From an uncultured Thermoleophilia bacterium (GTDB taxonomy: Bacteria; Actinomycetota; Thermoleophilia; Gaiellales; Gaiellaceae): a DNA stretch of 64,000 bases. Position numbers and translations under genes: made by a program. Numbering within the stretch: the stretch's first letter is position 1; each line of letters opens with the position of its first letter. Location of the stretch: the NCBI GenBank assembly GCA_963840365.1, contig CAWIYQ010000002.1:78777-142776 (forward strand), in the 5' to 3' direction. The notes beneath the pieces are model-generated. The model was not told where the DNA came from. It did not search any database and was given only the letters and a program-made list of their open reading frames with translations. Below are positions 8,254 through 16,490 of this stretch, piece by piece.

Positions 8254-9479
8254 GACGCCCGCCCGAGCAGCACGCAGCCGTTGTGCCCGCCGAGCCCCAT
8301 CGCGTTCGAGAGCGCCACGTCGACCTGCGTCTCGCGGGCGACGTTCGGGACGTAGTCGAGGTCGCATTCCGGGTCGGGCTCGCGGTAGTTGATCGTCGGC
8401 GGCAGCACGCCGTCGCGGAGGGCGAGCACGCAGAGGATCGCCTCGATCGCTCCTGCCGCCCCGAAGGTGTGGCCCATCATCGACTTCGTCGAGGAGACGG
8501 CGAGCCGGTCGGCGTGCGCGCCGAAGACGGCGCGGATCGCGCGCGTCTCGGCCGCGTCGCCGAGCGGCGTCGATGTGCCGTGGGCGTTCAGGTACCCGAC
8601 GCGCTCCGGCTCGACGCCCGCGCGTGCGAGTGCGGCGCGCATCATCGCCGCCACGCCCATCGCCTCCGGCTCGGGCTGCGCCATGTGGTGCCCGTCGTTC
8701 GACGCGCCGTAGCCCAGCACCTCGGCGTGGATCTCGGCACCGCGCCGCTCCGCGTGCTCCCAGTCCTCGAGCAGCAGCGCGCCCGCGCCCTCGCCCATCA
8801 CGAACCCGGCGCGCGTCGCGTCGAACGGGCGCGAGGCGTGGGGCGGGTGCTCGTCCTCGACGGCGAGCCCGCGCATTGCGGTGAACCCGGCGAGGATCAG
8901 CGGGATGATGCACGACTCGGTGCCGCCCGCGAGCACCGCGTCGGCGTCGCCGCGCTTGATCATCTCGGCCGCCTCGCCGACCGCGTGCGACCCGGTCGCG
9001 CAGGCCGAGACGACGGCGTAGTTCGGGCCTTTGATCCCGAGCGAGATCGCCATCTGCCCGGAAGCGGAATCGACGAGCACGTTCTGAAGGAAGTTGGGCG
9101 AGACGCGGTCGGGGCCGCGGTCGCGAAGGATCTCGGCCTGCTCGACGATCCCCGGCACGCCGCCGATCGCCGAGCCGAAGATGATCCCCACGCGGGTCGG
9201 GTCGAAGCCGCTCAGACCGGAGTCGTCGAGCGCCTCGCGACCGGCGGCGACGGCAAGCAGCACGTTGCGCTCGAGCTTGCGCGCCTCCTTCGCCGAGACG
9301 ACGGACGTCGGGTCGAAGCCCTTCACCTCGGCGGCGACGCGCACGGGCAGGCCGTCGGCGTCGAACGCGCGGATCCAGTCGATCCCGCTCTCGCCGGCCT
9401 TCGCGGCGCGCCAGGTCGAGGGCACGTCGAGGCCGAGCGGCGTCACCGCCCCGATGCCTGTCACCGCAACGCGCCTCAT
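8250..9479 (-). CDS. fabF: Beta-ketoacyl-ACP synthase II
   Basis: 409 aa with catalytic Cys (VVSACATGSHA) and His/His (NAHGTSTPLGD; MMGHTFGAAG). No acpP, fabD or fabH is adjacent. Confidence 0.95.
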   Translation of the reverse strand: MRRVAVTGIGAVTPLGLDVPSTWRAAKAGESGIDWIRAFDADGLPVRVAAEVKGFDPTSVVSAKEARKLERNVLLAVAAGREALDDSGLSGFDPTRVGIIFGSAIGGVPGIVEQAEILRDRGPDRVSPNFLQNVLVDSASGQMAISLGIKGPNYAVVSACATGSHAVGEAAEMIKRGDADAVLAGGTESCIIPLILAGFTAMRGLAVEDEHPPHASRPFDATRAGFVMGEGAGALLLEDWEHAERRGAEIHAEVLGYGASNDGHHMAQPEPEAMGVAAMMRAALARAGVEPERVGYLNAHGTSTPLGDAAETRAIRAVFGAHADRLAVSSTKSMMGHTFGAAGAIEAILCVLALRDGVLPPTINYREPDPECDLDYVPNVARETQVDVALSNAMGLGGHNGCVLLGRAS

Positions 9480-9506
9480 CGCCCGGTGAGACTAGCCTTC
9501 GCCCGG

Positions 9507-10516
9507 ATGCCGGCACCGGTCGTCCCGTTCCCACCGATGGAGGCCGAGCTCGTGCGCGAGCTGCCGGAAGGCGACGGCTGGCAGTACGAGCCGAAGTGGG
9601 ACGGCTTCCGCGGCGTGCTCGAGAATGCGGGCGGCGAGCTGGCGCTGTGGTCGCGCAACGAGCGGCCGCTCCTGCGTTACTTCCCTGAGCTGCGGCCGCT
9701 CGGCGAGCTGCTCCCGCCGGTGTCGGCGCTCGACGGCGAGATCGTGATCGCCCGCGACGGCGCGCTCGACTTCGACTCGATGCAGATGCGGCTCCATCCC
9801 GCCGAGTCGCGGATCCGGCGGCTGTCGGCCGAGATCCCGGCGGAGTACGTCGTCTTCGACGTGCTCGTGTGGGACGGCGAGGAGGTGTGGCGCCTGCCGC
9901 TCGAGGAGCGGCGGAAGCGCGTCGAGTCGCTGGAGGGGTTTCGCCTCTCCCCGGCGACGCGCTCGGCCGACGAGGCGCGCGGGTGGCTCGCGCGCTTCGA
10001 GTCGCTCGGGCTCGACGGCGTCGTCGCGAAGCGGCTCGCCTCGACGTACCTGCCCGGCTCTCGTGATGCCGTCGTGAAGGTGAAGGAGCACCGCACGGCC
10101 GACTGCGCGGTTGTCGGCATCCGCTACCGCGGCAAGCCGAGCGAGCTCGCGACGCTCCTGCTCGGGCTCTTCGCCGAGGACGGCCACCTCGACTACGTCG
10201 GGTCGTGCGCCGTCGCCGCGCGGTCGCGCGCCGGAGATCGCTGCCCGCGTGCTTCCGCTGCTCGACACGAGGTCGGACCGGCGGTTCTCCGAGCCGAACC
10301 GGTGGGGCAGTGGTGAGCTCGAGGAGGCCGCCGCTCCTGCCCGGGCTCGTCGTCGAAGTGCGCTACGACAAGGTGCAGGGCAACCGCTTCCGGCACGGAA
10401 CGAAGCTGATCCGGTTCCGCGACGACAAGAGCCCCGAGGACTGCACGTGGCGCGAGGTGCGCCCGCCGCGCGACCTGAGCGCCGGCGGCGTCGAGGCGCT
10501 CTTCGTGCGTTCCTAG
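9507..10516 (+). pseudogene. ATP-dependent DNA ligase (LigC / LigD ligase-domain type) with two apparent +1 frameshifts
   Basis: EPKWDGFR adenylation motif I, LDGEIV, VVFDVL and GVVAKR lie in one frame up to ~10205-10233. ...PEIAARVLPLLDTRSDRRFSEPNRWGSG is in the +1 frame. ...LLPGLVVEVRYDKVQGNRFRHGTKLIRFRDDKSPEDCTW is in the +2 frame from ~10311-10335. The span is 1010 nt, i.e. 336 codons plus 2 extra nt. Confidence 0.8.
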
Positions 10517-11759
10517 CGGACCGTGAGCACGTTGCCGTACGCGTGCTGCGACGGGACCCACAGGCGGAAGCGCGCGCCGGGGCCGGCCCGGACGACGCGC
10601 GTCACATAGCCGCGCGCCGTCGTCGTCGCCGCCGCGCCGACCGGGAGCCACGAGCCGTCGACGTACCGCTGCAGCACGTACGTCTGCGCACCGCCGCCGG
10701 GGCGGACCTGACCCCACAGCGTCGTGCGCAGCCCGGTGCGCGACGCCACGGCGAGCGGGAAGCGGAACGTCTCGTACGACGGCTTCTCGCGACCGGCGGC
10801 GGTGAGCAGCCCGCTCTGCCAGCGGTCGACCTCCGGCTCGTCCTCCACGAGGTACTGGATCAGCATGTCGACGCGCGGCTCCTCGTAGGCGCGCAGCGCC
10901 GCGTCGGCCAGGTACTGCGCCTGGGCGCCGTCCGAGATGCCGAGCAGCCGATCGGGCGGGTCGTCTGGTAGCCGTACTCCGTCAGCCAGATGCGCGTCGC
11001 GGGCCCGAAGGCGACCCGCACGGCGGAGAGCAGCCGTCCGATCGTCGCCATGGTGACGGTCGTGCAATGGCCGCAGCCTCCGCTCGTCGGTGTCTCACCG
11101 GGGGCGAGCGGATACGGATGGTGCGCATACGCGTCGAGGTGCGCGCCCGCGGCTTTCATGCCGGCGATCCAGGCGAGCGGGGAGACGCCTCCGGTCGAGC
11201 CGCGCGGCGCGGTCGCGCCGCCCGCCACCTCCGAGCCGGGGCTCGCCCGGTGGATCGCCGCGACCGCCGGGTTCAGGAGCACGTGCGTGTACACGGCGGC
11301 CGAGGTGGGGCGGAGCCAGCGTCGCTGGTTCGGCTCGTTCCAGATCTCCCACCGCTTGACGAACGGGAAGCGCTTCGCCGCCGCGGCGGCGAACGCGGCA
11401 AACGGGCCGCTGCTCGTCGGCGCCCAGTTCTCGGTGCGCCCGCCGTTCGCCCAGCCGGGCGTCCCATAGAGCGTCAACAGCACGGCGATGTGGCGGTCGT
11501 GCAGCCCCTGGAGGATCGGGGCGATCGCCGACCAGTCCTCCTCGCCGCGCGACGGCTCCGCCGCACGCCAGTCGAGCGTCACGCGCACGATGCCGGCGCC
11601 GAGCGACTGGAGGCGGTCGAGCCGGTCGGCGAGCGTCCCCGGCCCGTACTGAAGCCAGGCATCGTCCTGCACGCCGTACTGCACATACGGGGAGGCGGAC
11701 GCCGCCGAAGGCGCGAGCAGTGCCAGAGCGAGCAGAGGGAGAAGGACGAGCCGGCGCAT
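10513..11759 (-). pseudogene. Secreted clan GH-A glycoside hydrolase (GH5/GH39-like) with an apparent 1-nt deletion near 10962-10968
   Basis: Signal peptide MRRLVLLPLLALALLAPSAASA. Acid/base motif EIWNEPN and nucleophile IWLTEYGYQT. The continuation DPPDRLLGISDGAQAQYLADA... is in another frame (ORF 10513..11067). The span is 1247 nt, i.e. 416 codons minus 1 nt. Confidence 0.7.
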
Positions 11760-11794
11760 GCGATCCACGGTAGGCCCGTGCCCTAAGAAGGCTG

Positions 11795-12709
11795 TTAGGA
11801 CACGTAAGGATCCGGTTTGGGCAACCCAAGAGCCGTGAAACGTGAGCGCAACGAGGGTGGATTGCGCCACATCCCGCGCATCGGGTCCCCCACGGCGGAC
11901 ACCCGCGCAGGCATCGTCTCGATCGTGAACGCGGCCGGGTCGACGGCAGCCACCTCGTCCCAGTGCAGCGGCGCCGAGACGCGCGCGTCCGGGGTCGGCC
12001 GCACCGACCACGCCGACGCGATCGTGCGATCGCGCGCGTTCTGGCCGTAGTCGACGAACACGCCGACGCGGTCGGCGACGCGCCACGTCGTCGTCGCCAC
12101 CGCCTGGTCGTCGATCCGCCGCTCGACCTCGACCGCGATCGCCTTCGCGAGCCGCCGCACCTCCGGGAACGGGAGCTCCGGCCTGATCGGGCACAGGACG
12201 TGCAGGCCGGTCGCACCGGACGTCTTCGGGTACGAGCGCAGCCCGAGCTCGTCGAGCACCTCGCGCACGACGAGCGCGATCTCGCGCACGAGCGGCCACT
12301 GCCCCTCCGCGCTCGGGTCGAGGTCGATCAGGAGGTAGTCGGGGCGCTCGATCTCCGGCACGCGCGAGTGCCACGTGTGCAGCTCGATGCACCCGAGGTT
12401 GACCACCCAGGCGAGTGCGGCGGCGTTGTCGACGATCGCGAACACGGTCGAATGCCCGCTCGGGAACGACACGTGTACCTCGTCGACGTACGCCGGGTGC
12501 TTCGCCGGCACGCGCTTCTGGTGGAAGAAATCGCCCTCGACGCCGTTCGGGAACCGCTTCATGTGAAACGGACGGCGGCGGAGGTGGGGGAGAACGAGCT
12601 CGGCGACGCCGAGGTAGTAGGCGACGAGATCGCCCTTGGTCAGCCCGCGCTGCGGGAAGAACGGCTTGTTCTCGTTCGAGATCGGGACGTCGTAGCGGCC
12701 GACGCGCAC
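11795..12709 (-). CDS. ligD: Stand-alone NHEJ polymerase/primase (LigD Pol domain)
   Basis: KPFFPQRGLTKGDLVAYY, FHQKR, LIDLDP and YPKTSGATGLHV are LigD-Pol/archaeo-eukaryotic primase motifs. GTG start. Confidence 0.9.
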   Translation of the reverse strand: MRVGRYDVPISNENKPFFPQRGLTKGDLVAYYLGVAELVLPHLRRRPFHMKRFPNGVEGDFFHQKRVPAKHPAYVDEVHVSFPSGHSTVFAIVDNAAALAWVVNLGCIELHTWHSRVPEIERPDYLLIDLDPSAEGQWPLVREIALVVREVLDELGLRSYPKTSGATGLHVLCPIRPELPFPEVRRLAKAIAVEVERRIDDQAVATTTWRVADRVGVFVDYGQNARDRTIASAWSVRPTPDARVSAPLHWDEVAAVDPAAFTIETMPARVSAVGDPMRGMWRNPPSLRSRFTALGLPKPDPYVS

Positions 12710-12729
12710 AAGGCGAGTATCGTGGAGGC

Positions 12730-13026
12730 ATGCTCGACGAGCATCAGCCGACCGCGAACGTCACGCTCGAGCCACTCGACGACTTCGTCGTCGTGGAGCC
12801 GCTCGACGAGTCCGAGCTGCCGAGCGGCCTGATCGTCCCCGCGAACGAGGCCTCGCACGTGCAGAGCGGGATCGTCGCCGCCGTCGGGCCGGACGCCGCG
12901 GCGATCGAGCCGGGTGACAAGGTGCTCTTCCCGCGCGACGCCGGCTACGAGGTCCGGCTCGCGCGCTCCTCGCACCGCGTGCGCGTCCTCAAGCGCGAAG
13001 AGCTGATCGCCCGCATCCACGATTAG
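12730..13026 (+). CDS. GroES/Cpn10-fold co-chaperonin-like protein (divergent, orphan)
   Basis: LEPLDDFVVVEPLDE...SGLIVP...SGIVAAVGPD...GDKVLF...EELIARI follows the GroES beta-barrel pattern. GGAGG RBS at 12724-12728. No groEL adjacent. Confidence 0.7.
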   Translation: MLDEHQPTANVTLEPLDDFVVVEPLDESELPSGLIVPANEASHVQSGIVAAVGPDAAAIEPGDKVLFPRDAGYEVRLARSSHRVRVLKREELIARIHD

Positions 13027-13066
13027 CCACCAAGTCCGGCATTTGCAGGCACAATGCCGCGCGGAC

Positions 13067-16000
13067 ATGGTGAAGCGGCTCATCCCTGCGTTCGCGATGG
13101 CGGTGGCGCTTCTGGTGTTCCTGCCGGCCGCGGTCGGGGCATCGGCCGGCCCGCCGGCCTCGATCTCGTTCGATCCCGAGCCGCTTGGTTCGTGGGCAGC
13201 TGTCGGGAACACGCTGAACGTCGACCCCGGCGTCTGGACCGGAGACCCGAGCTCGATCACGGCGCAGTGGTATCGCTGCGACGCAGCCGGCGATCACTGC
13301 GCCGCGATCACCGGTGGGAACAGCCTTTCGTGGACGCTCGTCGCGGGCGATCTCGGCAAGACGCTGTTCGCGCAGGTGACCGCGAGCAACGCCTACGGCT
13401 CGCAGTCGGTGGCGACGTACGCAACAGGCGTCGTCGGCGCTCCGACGATCTCGGCGCAGCCGGTGATCAGCGGCGATGTCAACGTCGACGGATCGACGGT
13501 CAGCGTCTCGACCGGCACCTGGACCGGCTCGCCGACGAGCTACGACTACCAGTGGTTCAGCTGCTCGTCGTCGACGTTCGACTGCTCGCCGATCTCCGGC
13601 GCGACGAGCTCGAGCTTCCAGGTCGACGACACCGCGTTGAACGGCGACTACCTGATGGCCGAGGTCACCGCCTCGGATGCGTCGGGGTCGGCGACGAACC
13701 TCGCACAGCCGTCGTTCGCAGTCGGGATCGTCCGATCAGACGTGATCGGCCCGTTCGTCACGGCTCCTCAGGCTCTGATCACGCCGACGTGGACCGGCGA
13801 CCCGAGCAAGACCGGGAACGTGCTCGTGGGCGACCGCGGCGTGTGGCTCGACCGCCCGACCACCTTCTACTACCAGTGGGCCGACTGCCCCGACTCGAGC
13901 CTGGACAACTGCACCCCGATCGCCGGGGCGAACTCGCTCACGTACGTCGTTCAGTCGAGCGACGCCGGGAAGACGATCGCGTTCGAGGTCGAGGCGCAGA
14001 ACCTCGCCGGCATCGGGCCGAACTACGTCGGGGGAGGCTCACTGGTCGACAACACCTACACCTCCGATTCGGGCCCAGCCTGGGCGCCGGAGCCGAGCGT
14101 GCCCCCGCAGCTCTCGGGTGACGCGGAGGGGGTCGGCAGCGTCCTCCATGTCGATGCGTCTTGGACGGCGCCGCAGGACTCGAACATCACGGTGACCTAC
14201 CAGTGGGCGCGCTGCGACGCGAACGACGCGAACTGCGTCGCGATCGCGGGCGCGACGTCGGCTGACTACACCCTCACCGGCAGCGATCTCGGCAACACCC
14301 TCTACGCGATCGTCGAGGCGACGAACTCGTATGGAGCGACCGCGGCCGTGTCGACGACGATCACGCCGCCGATCGGTGCGCCCGTCAACACCGATCCGCC
14401 GGAGATCACCGGCGACACCGGCGCCTCGGGGAACACGCTCTCCGTCTCGAACGGAACCTGGACGAACAGCCCGGGCTCCTTCGTCTTCCAGTGGTACTCC
14501 TGCGACGCGAACGGCTTCAACTGCTCGGAAATCACGGGTGCGACGACCGACGCCTACCAGACCGTCGGCGGCGACGTCGGCTCGACGCTGTACGCCGAGG
14601 TCGACGCCACGAACGGCCACGGCACCACGTCGACCTTCTCGGCGCTGACCGATGTGATCGGCAGCCCCTTCGATCTGGTCGCCCCGACCTTGAGCTCCAC
14701 CGACGAGTTCGTGGACGAGACGCCGCTTGCCGAGCTCGGGGACACGCTGACCCTCAGCCAGGGCACCTGGAGCGGCAGCCCGAACGCCTTTGCGTATCAG
14801 TGGTACCGCTGCGACCCGAGCTCGCCGACGAAGGCGGATTTCGCCAACTGCAGCGCGATCCCCGGCGCGACGGCGGCCGGCTACACGACGACGAGCAGCG
14901 ACCTCGGCCACACGATCTACGTCGAGCTGAGCGCGACGAACGGCACCGGGACGACGAACGTCTACGCGAACCCGCACGGGTCCGTCGGCGTGCCTCAGCC
15001 GCTCTTCGACGACGGCTCGATCAGCGGCACGCCGAAGGTCGGCTCCGTCCTGACGCTCGTCAACGGCAGCTCGTGGGTGGGAGACACGCCGATCACGTGG
15101 AGCTACGGCTGGAAGCGCTGCGACTCGGGCGGTGCGAACTGCGCGACGATCGCCGATGCGACCTCGCAGACCTACACCCTCACCTCCGACGACCAGGGGC
15201 ACGTCGTCCAGGGGTTCGTCTCCGGCACGAATGTCTGGGGCGGGAACGGCTGGGGGCTCGCCTACGACAGCGCGGTGATCGCCGGTTCCGGCGGAGGCGG
15301 AGGCGGTGGTGGTGGCGGTGGTGGCGGCGGCGGGAGCGGCGGCTCGGTGCCGAACCTCAAGGTCACCTGGACCGCCTCGAGCGCGAGCCCCGCGCCGGGG
15401 GCCGAGGACGACTTCACGATCACCGTCACGAACAACGGCGGAGCGGGTGCGCTCCAGACGCACCTTCGAATCACGCTGCCGAGCACGGTGACGCTGCTCG
15501 GCCCGCCGTATTACGAGCGTGGCTCGGGCTGTACGGGCACGCAGCAGCTGGACTGCGATCTCGACTACATCCCGAACGGCGCCTCGACCGTCGTGAAGTT
15601 CTCGACGAAGGTCAGCGGCAGCGGCTCCCAGGTGCTCAGCGCAACCGTGACGTCCGACCGCGAGTCGGACCCGAGCGACAACACGGCGACCGAGACGATT
15701 CAGGTCGGCTCGGGCTCGGGCTCGGGCCCGCCGAACGGCGGGACAACGGCACCGCCGCTCGCGGCCCCGGTGCTCAAGCAGGTCAAGGCACGAACGCTGA
15801 CCGGCGTCGTCCAGACGCATACAGAGACCGTCGACGGCTCCTTCACCGCGAACGAGCCGCTGAAGCTGACGATGAGCGTCACCCGGCGCTCCTCGACCCG
15901 CAAGCTGAAGCTTCTCAAGGGAACTCGGTTCGCCGGGGGATCGGCCCGCGCAACCTCGACGACCGTCACGAGATCGATCACGCACGCCGGCACGGTCAGC

Positions 16001-16117
16001 TTCCACGCGGTCATCGCCAGGACGTCACTCGCGGCCGGGAAGCGTTACGTGATCCACATCACGGCCAAGAACGCGCACGGCAAGACGGCGACGCTGACCA
16101 TCGCGTTCCGAGCCTGA
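13067..16117 (+). CDS. Large secreted repeat protein: 7 x ~95-aa Cys-pair repeats, poly-Gly linker, DUF11-like domain, unassigned C-terminal domain
   Basis: Signal peptide MVKRLIPAFAMAVALLVFLPAAVGASA. Repeats share W-T-G/S-x-P...Y-Q-W-x-x-C...C-x-x-I-x-G-A-T/N...Y...D-x-G...V-x-A-x-N. G15 linker follows. NLKVTWTAS...ITVTNNGGAGA...SDPSDNTA resembles DUF11. Confidence 0.85.
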   Translation: MVKRLIPAFAMAVALLVFLPAAVGASAGPPASISFDPEPLGSWAAVGNTLNVDPGVWTGDPSSITAQWYRCDAAGDHCAAITGGNSLSWTLVAGDLGKTLFAQVTASNAYGSQSVATYATGVVGAPTISAQPVISGDVNVDGSTVSVSTGTWTGSPTSYDYQWFSCSSSTFDCSPISGATSSSFQVDDTALNGDYLMAEVTASDASGSATNLAQPSFAVGIVRSDVIGPFVTAPQALITPTWTGDPSKTGNVLVGDRGVWLDRPTTFYYQWADCPDSSLDNCTPIAGANSLTYVVQSSDAGKTIAFEVEAQNLAGIGPNYVGGGSLVDNTYTSDSGPAWAPEPSVPPQLSGDAEGVGSVLHVDASWTAPQDSNITVTYQWARCDANDANCVAIAGATSADYTLTGSDLGNTLYAIVEATNSYGATAAVSTTITPPIGAPVNTDPPEITGDTGASGNTLSVSNGTWTNSPGSFVFQWYSCDANGFNCSEITGATTDAYQTVGGDVGSTLYAEVDATNGHGTTSTFSALTDVIGSPFDLVAPTLSSTDEFVDETPLAELGDTLTLSQGTWSGSPNAFAYQWYRCDPSSPTKADFANCSAIPGATAAGYTTTSSDLGHTIYVELSATNGTGTTNVYANPHGSVGVPQPLFDDGSISGTPKVGSVLTLVNGSSWVGDTPITWSYGWKRCDSGGANCATIADATSQTYTLTSDDQGHVVQGFVSGTNVWGGNGWGLAYDSAVIAGSGGGGGGGGGGGGGGGSGGSVPNLKVTWTASSASPAPGAEDDFTITVTNNGGAGALQTHLRITLPSTVTLLGPPYYERGSGCTGTQQLDCDLDYIPNGASTVVKFSTKVSGSGSQVLSATVTSDRESDPSDNTATETIQVGSGSGSGPPNGGTTAPPLAAPVLKQVKARTLTGVVQTHTETVDGSFTANEPLKLTMSVTRRSSTRKLKLLKGTRFAGGSARATSTTVTRSITHAGTVSFHAVIARTSLAAGKRYVIHITAKNAHGKTATLTIAFRA
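15284..15346 (+). repeat. (GGN)n simple sequence repeat encoding GSGGGGGGGGGGGGGGGSGGS
   Basis: Read directly: ggttccggcggaggcggaggcggtggtggtggcggtggtggcggcggcgggagcggcggctcg. Confidence 0.95.
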
Positions 16118-16151
16118 GCGCGCAACTCGGGCCGCTACTCTTGCACGGCTC

Positions 16152-16240
16152 GGAGGGGTGGCAGAGCGGTCGAATGCGGCGGTCTCGAAAACCGTTATCC
16201 GTCGTTAGGCGGATCGAGGGTTCAAATCCCTCCCCCTCCG
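16152..16240 (+). tRNA. tRNA-Ser (anticodon CGA)
   Basis: Acceptor GGAGGGG/CCCCTCC, anticodon loop CTCGAAA, long variable arm (class II), T-arm GAGGG-TTCAAAT-CCCTC. No encoded CCA. Confidence 0.95.
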
Positions 16241-16244
16241 CTTC

Positions 16245-16285
16245 GGCGTGTCGGGTCTCGCTCTAGCGCGGGGACCCGACACGCC
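16245..16285. terminator. 13-bp inverted repeat between the convergent tRNA-Ser and ferredoxin gene (possible bidirectional terminator)
   Basis: ggcgtgtcgggtc ... gacccgacacgcc. It spans the ferredoxin stop codon (16263-16265). No U-tract. Confidence 0.35.
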
Positions 16286-16490
16286 CGGCAGCCGCGAGTC
16301 TCAGCGCCTGCTTCGGGCAGCTCGCGACGGCGCGGCGCGCGTGCCCTCTCAGCGTCGGCGGGATCGGCGCCGGGTCGACGATCGGGTACCCCCAGTCGTC
16401 CACCGAGATCCGCTCGGGGAAGAGCTCTGCGCAGAACCCGTGGCCGTCGCACGCGATCGGGTCGACCGAGATGGTCTCGAACTGTCTCAC
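16263..16490 (-). CDS. Small ferredoxin (CxxHxxC...CP cluster motif)
   Basis: VRQFETISVDPIACDGHGFCAELFPE...ASCPKQAL. GTG start overlaps the upstream stop (GTGA at 16487-16490). Confidence 0.75.
   Translation of the reverse strand: MRQFETISVDPIACDGHGFCAELFPERISVDDWGYPIVDPAPIPPTLRGHARRAVASCPKQALRLAAAGRVGSPR

Noticed and set aside
10200-10340. Programmed ribosomal frameshifting as an explanation for the multi-frame ligase, hydrolase and ABC ATPase genes.
   Set aside because: No slippery heptamer or downstream structure was seen at the junctions, these families are not known to use recoding, and the shifts go in different directions. Mutation or sequencing error is more parsimonious.
12710-12729. 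CIRCE operator (TTAGCACTC-N9-GAGTGCTAA) upstream of the GroES-like gene or of hrcA (63559-63590).
   Set aside because: No such inverted repeat is present in either spacer.
16152-16262. Genomic island integrated at tRNA-Ser(CGA) or at the tRNA-Ser pair near 25.7 kb.
   Set aside because: There is no integrase or recombinase, no direct repeat of the tRNA 3' end and no compositional break next to the tRNAs. The flanking clusters look like ordinary chromosomal operons.
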